From Eledone cirrhosa (lineage: Eukaryota), in assembly GCA_964016885.1 (NCBI GenBank), contig CAXHJY010001182.1:1-38904 (forward strand): a DNA stretch of 38,904 nt. Reading direction: 5' to 3'. Below, one piece after another: positions 21,301 to 32,230 of the stretch. Within the stretch, counting starts at the first letter, position 1. Each line of letters opens with the position of its first letter. The notes under the pieces are model-generated. The model saw nothing but the letters and a program-made list of their open reading frames with translations. It was not told where the DNA came from and made no database searches. The position numbers and the translations under genes are program-made.

Positions 21301-22170
21301 CGTTAAAATCTCCTGCAATGATTAGGAAGTCCTTGTCGTCTGTTAGAGCAGTAGTGTGTATTAGGGACTCGTAAAACCTATCCTTAAGTTCGTCTGGCAG
21401 CCCCGATTGGGGTGCGTAAGCTGATATTATTGTGGTAATTGTCTTATTCAGGACTAGTCTGAGTTTAATGATTCTTGCATTTACCCTGTACACTGAGATT
21501 ACTTTATCTACCCACTTGTCAGCTAATAGTATACCTACACCACCCATCCCATCGTCATTTCCCACCCAGAAAAATTTGTAGCACTGGCTTTTTCCTACAA
21601 GGACTCTAGCAGACCCTCCTCTCCATCTAGTCTCTTGCACACAGCATACATCAACTTCCTTTCGCTCTAGCATTTCTACGATTTCTCCTGCTCTTCCTTT
21701 CATTGAGCCTACATTGATGGTACCAACTCGGAGTTTTGGGCATTTGTCGACACTCGTAGGGGAGGGTCTCTGGGTTGGCGCTTCACGTGGGTGCTTGGTA
21801 GCTCGCAGATTCATATTTCATCTATTGATTCAGAGTTGCTCGTGTATTCCCAGCTCATCCATCCCTAACGGTGGGAAAATTGAGGGCTAGAAGGACAGTG
21901 GTGGTGGGGTAATGGCAGGGTGTGTTGGGATGCGCCAGAGGAGGAGAGAGTTAGTTAGGCAGGTAGTAGCAGCAGCAGCAGTGGAAATGGCATGCTAGGT
22001 TTGATTGGTCGAATAGACTATGGTGGTGTGTGGGGGTGGGGGGGAGGGAAATTGTGAGGTAGGAACTGAGGGTCGCATGGTAAATATCCAAGTTAATACT
22101 ACATCAGTAAAATTAACAATAATAACGTCATGAAAAAAGCTACTAAGAGAAACCCTCGAAAATTTATCGT
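18391..22170 (-). mobile_element. Full-length RTE-clade LINE (family A) with (TGA)n tail
   Basis: About 350 bp of 5'UTR, a single intact ORF, about 280 bp of 3'UTR, and (TCA)7 on the plus strand at 18392-18412. Confidence 0.95.
18695..21814 (-). CDS. RTE LINE protein: APE endonuclease, reverse transcriptase and PHD-like finger (1039 aa)
   Basis: APE motifs GTINV, VQETRW, SAYAPQ, GDFNGHVG, QLDFIL. RT motifs NYRGIKL, QFGF, FVDLEKAFDRV, GVHQGSVLSPLLF, YADD, FCYLG. RTE C-terminal motifs HGSETW and RRLRWYGHV. Confidence 0.97.
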   Translation of the reverse strand: MNLRATKHPREAPTQRPSPTSVDKCPKLRVGTINVGSMKGRAGEIVEMLERKEVDVCCVQETRWRGGSARVLVGKSQCYKFFWVGNDDGMGGVGILLADKWVDKVISVYRVNARIIKLRLVLNKTITTIISAYAPQSGLPDELKDRFYESLIHTTALTDDKDFLIIAGDFNGHVGKHCDGFNRVHGGHGVGTRNEEGFRLLEFCDANDMSICNTNFKKPDNHLITYRSGEHSSQLDFILIRGRDRWTVVNTKAFPSEECTSQHSLVVSDLTVRTRRALKQRPTWKRKIWKLKVPSTSNRFKDILLNAYDSKEEQIETFNVEENWEFLKNNLLEATDEVCGWSKTSSRRRVTWWWNNKVDEAVKAKRQAWKEWKNGGSRVHYIETKREARRQVYLARREAEDRKFKHVLQREDQKQEVFKIARQCVRDSCDVIGEKCIRNDKGELALTSAEKKDAWKSHYDRLLNEENAWEEETLPHVDPIEGPAVQVSGSVVSKAIRDMKIGKATGPSGIAAEMLKASGSVGHTITTRIVNQVILEGAIPKDWCSSIIVNCYKGKGDALDRGNYRGIKLMDQVMKVTERVIAQLIRDRVNIDEMQFGFVPGKGTTDALFLVRQLQEKYLAKSKPLYLAFVDLEKAFDRVPRAVIWWALRKLGVDEWLVKAVQAMYRGAVSKVRIGNEYSEEFSVQVGVHQGSVLSPLLFIIVLQAITEEFKTGCPWELLYADDLALIAESMVELENKFQTWKQGLERKGLKVNMTKTKVLISRRENRTQIPSGKWPCSVCRKGVGRNSILCPKCKQWVHKRCSGISGSLIKNVGFTCSSCAETASKQPQETSTTNLWEGPVETVDSFCYLGDRISNGGGCSESTITRVRTGWKKFRELLPLLAAKGFSLRMKGRLYDACIRTAMLHGSETWALKVEDLRRLERNEACMLRWMCNSNIRERQSINELRERLSIRGIKCCVQERRLRWYGHVMRMKDDSCIKRCRALEVDGNRGVGRPKMTWDEVIKADLTQLHLSKSMTHDRDFWRHAVIQGTRPPMGTC

Positions 22171-22348
22171 ATATATATGTATATATATATATGTATATAT
22201 ATATATGTATATATATATATATGTGTGTGTGTATATGTATGTGTGTGTGTATATGTGTATATGTATGTGTGTATATGTATGTATGTATGTGTGTATATGT
22301 ATGTATGTATGTGTGTATATGTATATATGTATGTATGTGTGTATATAC

Positions 22349-22960
22349 TTATGTCACGTCACCAGTTGGTGCTACTGGTAACATGTATCCCAGTACAACC
22401 TGTCCCATGGTCGGGTCGTTGGCGACTAAACTGGCAACCCCACCAAGGTTTCTTGGTGAGGAGGGTGACTTTGGACATCCTGCAGGACTAAAAACAAAAC
22501 CTGTCAAAGGGCAAATGAGCTCTTAAGAGTCAATGGCCATCCAAAATCACCGGGAAAGATGACCCCTTAGCTTTTGTCACGGCAGAATTCTAGGAGAAGG
22601 AAAACTCTGATATCACACCTGCAACCCTGATGATATCCAATGATGTTGACTTGTTCTTCTTTTTGGTAAATATCATCTTGGTTAAGAGAGTGGGACTGGC
22701 TTTGTGCAGTGCCTTTGCTCACTATAAAAACTTCATGGCACAGGCATTGCTTTATATCTGGAGATCTCTCTGCACTTGTCGTCACATGGTACCATGGGCC
22801 CAGCACTATGTGTCAATAATTGTCACATGTGTAGTGTTTGTACCAAAGTTTTCAAGTCGCTGGCCGGACTGAAAAGTCACACTCGTTCAGCGCATCGGTA
22901 GGGGTCCTCCTACATGGATATAAAGTAGTGGCCGTACTCGAAAACGAGTTGGCAGCCACC
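22349..22960 (+). mobile_element. 612-bp non-autonomous RTE-derived element, copy 2
   Basis: Colinear with 9087-9698. C2H2 finger [22 protein letters not shown] at 22830-22895. Confidence 0.7.
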
Positions 22961-23029
22961 ATATGTATGTATGTGTGTATATGTATATATGTGTGTATAT
23001 ATGTATGTATGTGTGTGTATGTATGTATG

Positions 23030-23081
<52 letters not shown>

Positions 23082-23114
23082 TGTATGTTTGTGTGTGTGT
23101 ATATATATATATAT

Positions 23115-23660
23115 AGTAATAATAATAAATGTGAAGACTAAAATTCAAAGAGGGCTTGATAAGGATAAATATATATCAAATATATAAGAACCCTAGAGCA
23201 AATATTTATTAAAATAATAGATTAAAGTTTAAGCAAAGAATATCTGCTTTCACCCTTAATGGGATTTACTGAAACTAAAAAAAAAAAATCAATCTGTGAA
23301 CGTAGAAGTAAATATTTTAAAAAATGTTGCAACCGAAGGAAAACAGGAAGACGATACTTTGGTTCGTGAAGACGTTCCCTGGCAATGAACGGAAAGAAAC
23401 AAATATAATAACGTCATTATTTGGAGCGATGAGAAAAATTACATGCAAAGACAAAACCACGATAATTATCTTCGCATTCTTCCGGTCATCGCCAGGGAAC
23501 GTTTTCACGAACCAAAGTGTTGTCCTTCGGTTGCAACGCTTTTTGAAATATTTACTTCTGCGTTCACAGATTGACTTTGTTAGTTTCAGAAGATCCCGTT
23601 AAGGGTGAAAGCAGCGATTCTTTGCTTAAACTTTAATCTGTTATTTTAATTAATAAATAT
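23115..23660. mobile_element. Degenerate fold-back element (arms ~23202-23414 and ~23459-23660) with hammerhead-like ends
   Basis: Imperfect ~200-bp inverted arms and about 87 bp of unique extension on the left. (TA)n lies on both sides. Confidence 0.65.
23582..23632 (+). ncRNA. Degenerate hammerhead-like motif (more degenerate mirror copy at 23226-23276, minus strand)
   Basis: AGUUU-CAGAAGA-UCCC-GUUAA-GGGU-GAAA-GCA-loop-UGC-UU-AAACU. All three stems form, but the core reads CAG instead of CUG. Confidence 0.5.
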
Positions 23661-23840
23661 ATATATATATAAAGTCCAGAAATAGCCGTCAAAACGGGTT
23701 GAGCTCTGCCGTCAGGGTCCTCACTCTTTTCCTATTACCCACTCTACTACCCAAAGTATCGAGTACTCTGGTGCATTATGGTCCACCTGGTTCCTTACCA
23801 CACTTCCTTCGTTATATATATATACACACACATACATATA

Positions 23841-23986
23841 TCATTATCATCGTTTAACACCTAATTTTCCATGCTAGCATGGGTTAGACGGCTCATCTAT
23901 GTTATGAGACATGACTGGCCCTACCATAACTTGATCAAACGGGACTGTATTGTGGCTGGATACCCTTCCTAATGCTAACCACGTTT
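23841..23986 (-). mobile_element. Decayed RTE/SINE 3'-end fragment
   Basis: CCATGCTAGCATGGGTTAGACGG and GCTGGATACCCTTCCTAA motifs shared with 18412-18560. Confidence 0.65.
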
Positions 23987-24717
23987 ATATATGATATGTA
24001 AAACCCAGTTTTTAGAATAGATACACTGTAGACCAGTGCAAAACATTGTCTCAAAACACCCCATCGAACCCAGCATGGAAAAATGGATGTAAAAACAATG
24101 ACGATATATATATGTCACTTGAAATATTTGTAAACTGAAACTATTTTGAGAGAGAGAGAGACTGTGTGTGAAAGGCAGATAGATATCACCATAGTAACTG
24201 ACTACACAGAAAGTGACACTCTCCCCACTGATACTTCCAGCTTGTCAACCATTGTTGCTGGCTTGGATGTTTGTTAGTCAAAACACCATTCATCACCTGA
24301 GACATTTTATGTTTGTAAAAACTGTTCTTGATCTAATTTGTTTGTGATGAGTCATTTGTGAACTGAGGTTCCACTATATATGCAACAAAACCTCTTTCAT
24401 ATATTCCATATTTGGTATGGTTTCTACAGCTGGATGTAAAAGTCTTGTACTATTAGCCTTTAGTTGTCCCATTGTTTTGTAAGTGAATTTGGAAGATAGA
24501 TTCTGTGATAACGTTTGCCATATATTACCTGAGTTGTTTTCTTGCTGCTTTGGTTCATGTGGTTGGCCCCCGGTCGCAGTCTTCAATTTGTCAGGCTTTC
24601 TAACGTATGTTTTTATTCCAAGGTGACACAACCTTATCGAGTGCTTAGCTGCACATACCTGATTGTATATCGTTAGCTTGGCCACAGCCAAAACTTCGAT
24701 TTTACTGAACTTCCATT

Positions 24718-24761
<44 letters not shown>

Positions 24762-25083
24762 AAAGGTAAACAGAAATAATAACACAATCGGTACAGTATA
24801 TGGAAGGGATATATTAGGTTAACGCTTGATATAGCAGGAAGAGGGTCTTAACGTTTTGGACGCTAATCCTTCATCATAAGATAGGTTGAGTGGATGGGCA
24901 GGTTGGAATTGGAAAAAATGTCTTTAGATAAAAATAACAGGTCCATTAATATATATATATAGATATTGTCATCATTGTTTAATGTCCATTTTTTCATGCT
25001 TGCATGGATTAGACGGGTTGTTATGCTATGAAACAAGTCAGGTCAGTTGATCACGTCTTGCTCATACAGATCATATATATATA

Positions 25084-25638
25084 TCATCATCATCATCATC
25101 GTCCATCTTCCACGCTAGCATGGGTTTGGACGGTAATTTTCCCACTTGAGGCAAGAGTGGTTGTCTTGCCCGCATAGGACTGTCTGGCGGGTTTTCTACG
25201 GCTGGATGCCCTTCCCAACACCAACCATGTTTACAGTGTGGACTGGGAGGTTTTTACCGTGTTACCTACACGGCCACATTACAGCGTGGACTGTGTTTTT
25301 TTTTGTCGTGACACCTACACGACCTCATTTATTTCGGACTGGATGCTGTGGTACCAACATAACTTTACATCGAAAGGGGTGGTGTGGATGGGGTGGTGGT
25401 AGTGGGACGGGGGTGTATTTTGGTAAGAGGTGCTTACTGACTGTAGTAGGTTTCGCTTTGTACTTAGGCAAGGCGGGTCTTCTGTATTACTGCGTAGCGC
25501 CAAAGATATCGGCCCAGTGACATTGTCTTGGAGAGGTGTAAGTGTGTGAGGTCGGAATTTATCAGCTCGTCCCAGGTTTTTCTGGGTCTGCCTACCACGT
25601 GGCTACCGTCTATTTTGATTGCCCTGCACTTTTTTATT
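25084..25638 (-). mobile_element. Older 5'-truncated RTE family B copy
   Basis: Colinear with about 30609-31140, including the (TCA)n tail, with many substitutions. Another short RTE 3'-end remnant lies at about 24968-25070. Confidence 0.85.
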
Positions 25639-25741
25639 TAGAAAAGTGATGAAGTTTCTTTTACATGTATTCACTGCGGATAGGCTCAGGGTCACCCAAC
25701 TCCATTATTGATCTGCTCTTCAGACTGGTGGTCTAACTAAA

Positions 25742-25920
25742 TACTGGTGCTGAAAAATTCCTGGCTTTAAGGGTAGCGCTGTTACCGTTACAGGGGAGGT
25801 AGGATTGCTGCAATAAGTGTGTGAATCTGAGAACGGAATATGTTGAATAAAATTATTAGTAACTGATCTTCCTGTATTTTCTTTTACTCAAAGCCAGGAA
25901 CTTTTCAGCACTCCCTCATA
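25742..25920 (+). mobile_element. Mariner-type MITE or internal deletion derivative
   Basis: TIR cores GTGCTGAAAAATTCCTGGCTTT (25747-25768) and AAAGCCAGGAACTTTTCAGCAC (25890-25911). Internal KCVNLRTEYVE* resembles a mariner transposase C-terminus. TA is present at both ends. Confidence 0.75.
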
Positions 25921-26108
25921 TGTATGGTATATTTCAGAAATATATCCTTAAAGTATAATTCTTATATTTAATCTCTTCCATATGTCAGTAATCAACATAA
26001 CTATTGGGTTTCTCTTATGCAAACCGTTAATTTATCAAAACAAAACTCCCAGTTTGTATGTTTATATATCTTGTAACCCTGGTTTTTATAACATTCTAAT
26101 TTTAAACT

Positions 26109-26342
26109 TTAAATTTTTAGCATTTAAACAGGCCATATCCGGCCAGAACTGTCTCACCTCTTTCTGTTCAAACCGGCTCTCACTGGCCACTCATACCTAT
26201 ATTAAGGTATTGTTCTCAAAATAAATAACCTCAAACTCTCATAGATTCGATATTATGTGAGATAATTATCTAAGATAAACTGTTTACCATGAAAATACAG
26301 AAATATAGTAAATATAGAATAATGTAAATGCTAAATGGTTAA
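26109..26342. mobile_element. piggyBac-like (TTAA) MITE, decayed
   Basis: Ends TTAA..TTTAGCATTTA and TAAATGCTAAATGGTTAA. An inverted homologue lies at 35716-35996. Confidence 0.55.
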
Positions 26343-26431
26343 ATAAAATAACATTCAAATCTATTGCTGCTATGGGTCTACTAGTGTATATACTATTGTA
26401 TATATATCATCATCATCATCATTATTATCAA

Positions 26432-26524
26432 AGGTTAACTTTGCCTTTCATCCTTACAGGGTCAATAAAATAAAGTACCAGTAATGTACTGGGTAATTGC
26501 TGGCCTTGTGCCAAAAGTAGAAAC

Positions 26525-26528
<4 letters not shown>
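26432..26528 (+). mobile_element. SINE fragment with Nin/Deu-like central domain
   Basis: GCCTTTCATCCTTACAGGGTCAATAAAATAAAGTACCAG. A close reverse-complement copy lies at 35277-35360. Confidence 0.6.
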
Positions 26529-26573
<45 letters not shown>

Positions 26574-26773
26574 TCACTAATTAACTGGAGCCTCTGATCT
26601 CCAGATGGTCCAGGGGTTTTGACATATGCTCTTGTACACTATCTAGTATACCAACACTAGGGAGGTTGTCTTTGGCACAGCTGAATAGTCTTCCACACCC
26701 TTCATGGGGAAGTTTTCTATGCCCATCATATCACTTTACAGAATGTACTGAATGAGTTTATTATATAATTGTT

Positions 26774-26868
26774 AAACTCAGCGGGATTTGAATTCAGAAT
26801 GGCAAGGGCCATAACTCTATGCATCAAATCATGGCGTCCGACCCTCTACCGATACTGCCAAGTTCACC
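26774..26868 (-). mobile_element. Decayed tRNA-like SINE head
   Basis: Minus strand carries an A-box-like TGGCAGTATCGG and a B-box-like GAATTCAAATCC. Confidence 0.45.
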
Positions 26869-27137
26869 AATACTATTGAGAATGTCATGTCTGACACAAC
26901 TAAAGTGTCCTCTTGTCCATTTGGCATGGTTTCTACAGCAGTATGCCCTTCCCATTGCCAACCACCTTACAGGGTGTGCTAGGTGCATATATCATGGAAT
27001 TGGCACCAAATAAGTTGCCGTCATTGATTCCAACTGAAGATTCATCGCTAACACGTGATCATCCAACCTGGCTTGCCTCATAACGGACAGCTTGTCTAAC
27101 CCATGCTAGCATGGAAAATGGAAGTTAAACAGTGATG

Positions 27138-27191
<54 letters not shown>

Positions 27192-27203
27192 TTAATATAG
27201 AAA

Positions 27204-27254
27204 GGCTTCTACAGGACTAGAACTGTTTCATTCGGGAGAAATCATCAGGAAGCC
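27204..27254 (-). ncRNA. Type I hammerhead ribozyme motif
   Basis: GGCUUC-CUGAUGA-UUUC-UCCC-GAAU-GAAACAG-UUCUAGUC-CUGUA-GAAGCC: 6-bp stem I, 4-bp stem III, GUA cleavage triplet, U.U at the base of stem II. Confidence 0.8.
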
Positions 27255-27300
27255 TTCCTGATGATTTCTCCCGAATGAAACAGTTCTAATCCTGTAGAAG
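27254..27300 (+). ncRNA. Type I hammerhead ribozyme motif (mirror copy, 4-bp stem I)
   Basis: CUUC-CUGAUGA (27258-27264)...GAAACAG...CUGUA-GAAG. Predicted cut after 27296. Confidence 0.75.
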
Positions 27301-27603
27301 CCTTTCTATATTAAATATCTATACTCTTCTTTATATTGAGTACCTTATTTACTGTGGTTACCCCCGATTGAGCCCAGGATAAATGTGGTTACCCCCGATT
27401 GAGCCCAGGATAAACTTATCTATATATATATAATATGTATTCTTTGATGGGTGTGGTAGACTACTGTTAACCACACAAAACCTATAGGTTTGTAGTAATA
27501 ATATGCTTTACTAAAGCATATATATATATTATTCTTTTACTCTTTTACCAGTCCCAGCCATCCGGCTGAGGCCTTGCTGGGCACCGCTCTGATATACATA
27601 TAT

Positions 27604-27939
27604 GGAATCACATGGCTTAGTGGTTAGAGCATTGGCCTTGCAATCGAAAGGTTGTGAGTTCAATTCTCAGACCGGGTGATGTGTTGTTTCCTTGAGCAAG
27701 ACACTTTATTTCACATTGCTCCAGTTTACTCAGCTGTATAAATGAGATGATAGGGACTGGGGTCCTTATCATTCCACTGCAAAGTGGTCGTCGAGGTGCC
27801 ACGGCAAAAAAGCACCCAGCACTCGCTGTAAATGAGGTTGGTGTTAGGAAGGGCATCCTGCTGTAGAAATCAAGCCAGAATCAATTCCCGTCCCACCCTT
27901 GCAAGCAAGGAAAAGCGGACGTAAAATGATGATGATGAT
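27604..27939 (+). mobile_element. tRNA-derived SINE with RTE-A 3' end, full length
   Basis: A box TGGCTTAGTGG, B box GAGTTCAATTC, central CCTTGAGCAAGACACTT domain, 3' half matching the RTE-A 3'UTR, (TGA)n tail. Confidence 0.88.
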
Positions 27940-28021
27940 CTCTCTCTTTCACTCACTGTCTCTGTCTCTCTCACTCTCCCCATCTCTCACTATGATATAT
28001 GTAAGTACATATATATATGTA

Positions 28022-28349
28022 TATAAGTATATGTATATATATCATCATCATCATCATCAACGCTTAACGTCCGTGTTCCACGCTTGCATGGGTTTGGACG
28101 GGGGTTTTTCCACTTGAGGCAAGAATGATCATCTTGCTCGCATAGGACTATCTGGCGGGTTTTCTACAGCTGGATGCCCTTCCTAACACCAACCACATTT
28201 ACAGTGTGGGGCTGGGAGGTTTTTACCGTGTTGCCTACACGGCCACATTACAGCGTGGACTGTCTGGCGGGTTTTCTACAGCTGGATGCCCTTCCTAATA
28301 CCAACCACATTTACAGTGTGGGTCTGGGAGGTTTTTACCGTGTTGCCTA
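28022..28349 (-). mobile_element. RTE family B 3'UTR fragment with internal ~112-bp-period tandem duplication
   Basis: Matches 30609-30825. 28145-28237 is repeated at 28257-28349. Confidence 0.85.
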
Positions 28350-28994
28350 ATATATATATATATATATATATAAGTATATATATATATAAGTATATATATA
28401 TATAAGTATATATATATATAAGTATATATATATATAAGTATATATATATATATATAAGTATATATATATATATATAAGTATATATATATATATATAAGTA
28501 TATATATATATATATATAAGTACATATATATATAAGTATATATATATATAAGTATATATATATATATAAGTATATATATATATAAGTATATATATATATA
28601 TATAAGTATATATATATATATAAGTATATATATATATATATAAGTATATATATATATATATATAAGTATATATATATATATATATATAAGTATATATATA
28701 TTAAGTATATATATATATATACTTATATATAAGTATATATATATATATATATATAAGTATATATTTCATTCATCATTTCATTTACGTCCGCTTTTTCCCT
28801 GCCTGCAAGGGTGTGATAAGTATATATATATATATAAGTATATATATATATATAAGTATATATACTTATATATATATATACTTATATATATATACTTATA
28901 TATATATACTTATATATATATATATATGTACTTATATATATATACTTATATATATATATATATGTACTTATATATATATACTTATATATATATA

Positions 28995-29045
<51 letters not shown>

Positions 29046-29224
29046 TTATATATATATATATATATATATACTTATATATATATACTTATATATATATACT
29101 TATATATATATACTTATATATATATACTTATATATATATACTTATATATATATACTTATATATATATACTTATATATATATACTTATATATATATACTTA
29201 TATATATATATATATATATATATA

Positions 29225-29263
<39 letters not shown>

Positions 29264-30608
29264 TTATATATATATATACTTTATATATATATATACTTAT
29301 ATATATACTTATATATATATATACTTATATATATATATACTTATATATATATATACTTATATATATATATATACTTATATATATATATATACTTATATAT
29401 ATATATATACTTATATATATATATATACTTATATATATATATATATACTTATATATATATATACTTATATATATATATACTTTATATATATATATATATA
29501 TACTTATATATATATATACTTATATATATATATATATGTACTTATATATATATATATATATACTTATATATATATATATATGTACTTATATATATATATG
29601 TACTTATATATATATATATATGTACTTATATATATATATATATATATATAAGTACATATATATATATACTTATATATAAGTATATATATATATACATATA
29701 AGTATATATATATATAAGTATATATATATATAAGTATATATAAGTATATATATATATATAAGTATATATATATATAAGTATATATATATATATAAGTATA
29801 TATATATATATATAAATAAGTATATATATATATATAAGTATATATATATAAGTATATATATATGAGTATATATATATAAGTATATATATATATATATAAA
29901 TAAGTATATATATATAAGTATATATATATATATAAGTATATATATATATATATAAATAAGTATATATATATATATAAGTATATATATATAAGTATATATA
30001 TATGAGTATATATATATAAGTATATATATATATATATAAATAAGTATATATATATATATAAGTATATATATATAAGTATATATATATGAGTATATAATAT
30101 ATGAGTATATATATATGAGTATATATATATATAAGTATATATATATATAAGTATATATATATATATATAAATAAGTATATATATATATATAAGTATATAT
30201 ATATAAGTATATATATATGAGTATATATATATGAGTATATATATATGAGTATATATATATATAAGTATATATATATATAAGTATATATATATATATAAGT
30301 ATATATATATAAGTATATATATATATATAAGTATATATATATATATATAAGTATATATATATATATATAAGTATATATATATATATATAAGTATATATAT
30401 ATATATAAGTATATATATAAGTATATATATATATAAGTATATATATATATAAGTATATATATATATATAAGTATATATATATATAAGTATATATATATAT
30501 AAGTATATATATATATAAGTATATATATATATAAGTATATATATATATAAGTATATATATATAAGTATATATATATATAAGTATATATATATATAAGTAT
30601 ATATATAT
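28350..30608. repeat. (TA)nAG / CT(TA)n microsatellite array with orientation switches
   Basis: TAAG-marked units, with a CTTA-marked (reverse-complement) block at about 28864-29630. A short SINE 3'-end fragment interrupts it at about 28766-28815. Confidence 0.95.
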
Positions 30609-31718
30609 ATCATCATCATCAACGTTTAATGTCCGTGTTCCACGCTTGCATGGGTTTGGACGGGGGTAGTCCCACTTGAGGCAAGAGTGATTGTCTTGCT
30701 CGCATAGGACTGTCTGGCAGGTTTTCTACAGTTGGATGCCCTTCCTAACACCAACCACATTTACAGTGTGGGTCTGGGAGGTTTTTTACCGTGTTGCCTC
30801 CACGGCCACATTACAGCGTGGACTGTGTGTTTTTTTGTCGTGACACCTACACGATCTCATTTGTTTCGGCCTGGATGGCGCGGCACCAACATAACTTTAC
30901 ATAGAACGGGGTGGTGTGGATGGGGTGGGGGTGGTGGCGGGACGGGGTGTATTTTGTTAGAGATGCCTACTGGCAAGGCGGGTCTTCTCTGTTACTGAGT
31001 ACCGCCAAAGGTCTCGGTCCAGTGACATTGTCTTGGAGAGGTGTAAGTGTGTGAGGTCGGAGTTTATCAGCTCATCCCATGTTTTTCTAGGTCTGCCTAT
31101 TCCGTGGCTACCGTCTATCTTTATTGCCCTGCACTTTGTAATACAGCTATCGACTTTCATGCGCATCACGTGTCCATACCAACGCAGCCTTCTCTCGAGT
31201 AAACAACATCTGATCCCTCTTATCTCTAATTTTTTCCTTAGTTCGTTTATGCTTTGCCGTTCACGTATATTACTGTTACACATCCAGCGGAGCATGCAAG
31301 CTTCGTTCCTCTCTAGTCTGCGTATATCCTCTGCACACAATGCCCAGGTCTCACTACCATGCAACATTGCTGTTCGTATGCAGGCATCGTACAACCTGCC
31401 TTTCATTTTTAGGGAGAACCCTTTAGCAGCTAATAGTGGTATAAGCTCTCTGAACTTTTTCCAACCAGTTCTGACTCTAGCTACAGTACTTTCAGAGCAC
31501 CCTCCCCCACTGCTGATTTTATCGCCCAGGTAACGGAAGCTGTCCACTATTTCTATAGAACCCTCTGCGCAATTGAAAGAGCTAGTATTTTGTGGGCACT
31601 TGCTGCTACTTATTGCACCAGAACACCGGCCACATGTAAAATCTATGTTCTTAGTTAGCTTACCTGTGATCCCACTACATCTTTTATGCACCCATACTTT
31701 GCATTTAGGACATAATAT
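30609..31718 (-). mobile_element. 5'-truncated RTE family B copy (ORF C-terminus open from 31718 to the stop at 30957)
   Basis: [14 protein letters not shown]...FRYLG...HGSETW...RRLRWYGHV, paralogous to RTE-A, followed by 3'UTR and (TGA)n tail. Confidence 0.93.
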
Positions 31719-31781
31719 ATGTATATATATATAAGTATATATATATGTATGTATATATATATATATAAGTATATATATATG

Positions 31782-31815
<34 letters not shown>

Positions 31816-32230
31816 AGTATATATATGTATATATATATATATAAGTATATATATATATAAGTATATATATATATATATATATAAGTATATATATATATAT
31901 ATATATAAGTATATATATATATATATATAAGTATATATATATATATAAGTATATATATATATATAAGTATATATATATATATAAGTATATATATATATAT
32001 AAGTATATATATATATATATAAGTATATATATATATATATAAGTATATATATATATATATAAGTATATATATATATATATATATAAGTATATATATATAT
32101 ATATAAGTATATATATATATATATAAGTATATATATATATAAGTATATATATATATATATATAAGTATATATATATATAAGTATATATATATATATATAT
32201 AAGTATATATATATATATAAGTATATATAT
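31719..32230. repeat. (TA)nAG array between the inverted RTE-B copies
   Basis: TAAG-marked TA repeat. Confidence 0.95.

Larger units (their letters stand above)
27189..27420. mobile_element. Miniature fold-back element: 129-bp palindrome of two divergent hammerheads plus ~100-bp tail
   Basis: Arms 27189-27252 and 27254-27317 (64 bp, 1 mismatch) around a 1-nt centre. The tail contains a 31-bp tandem duplication (27353-27383, 27384-27414). (TA)n lies on both sides. Confidence 0.8.

Noticed and set aside
18825-21374. Plus-strand ORFs inside the LINE, and those at 4674 and 13693 inside the PLEs
   Set aside because: Antisense shadows of the real minus-strand coding sequence.
24374-24787. 137-aa minus-strand ORF as a host gene
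   Set aside because: It starts across a TA run and has no recognisable domain. It may be a very decayed LINE end, but I cannot support that.
27353-27414. 31-bp direct repeat as a CRISPR array
   Set aside because: Only two adjacent units, no spacer, eukaryotic context and no cas genes.
27604-27680. tRNA gene (also 37330-37405)
   Set aside because: A and B boxes are present, but the acceptor stem does not pair and it continues into a SINE body.
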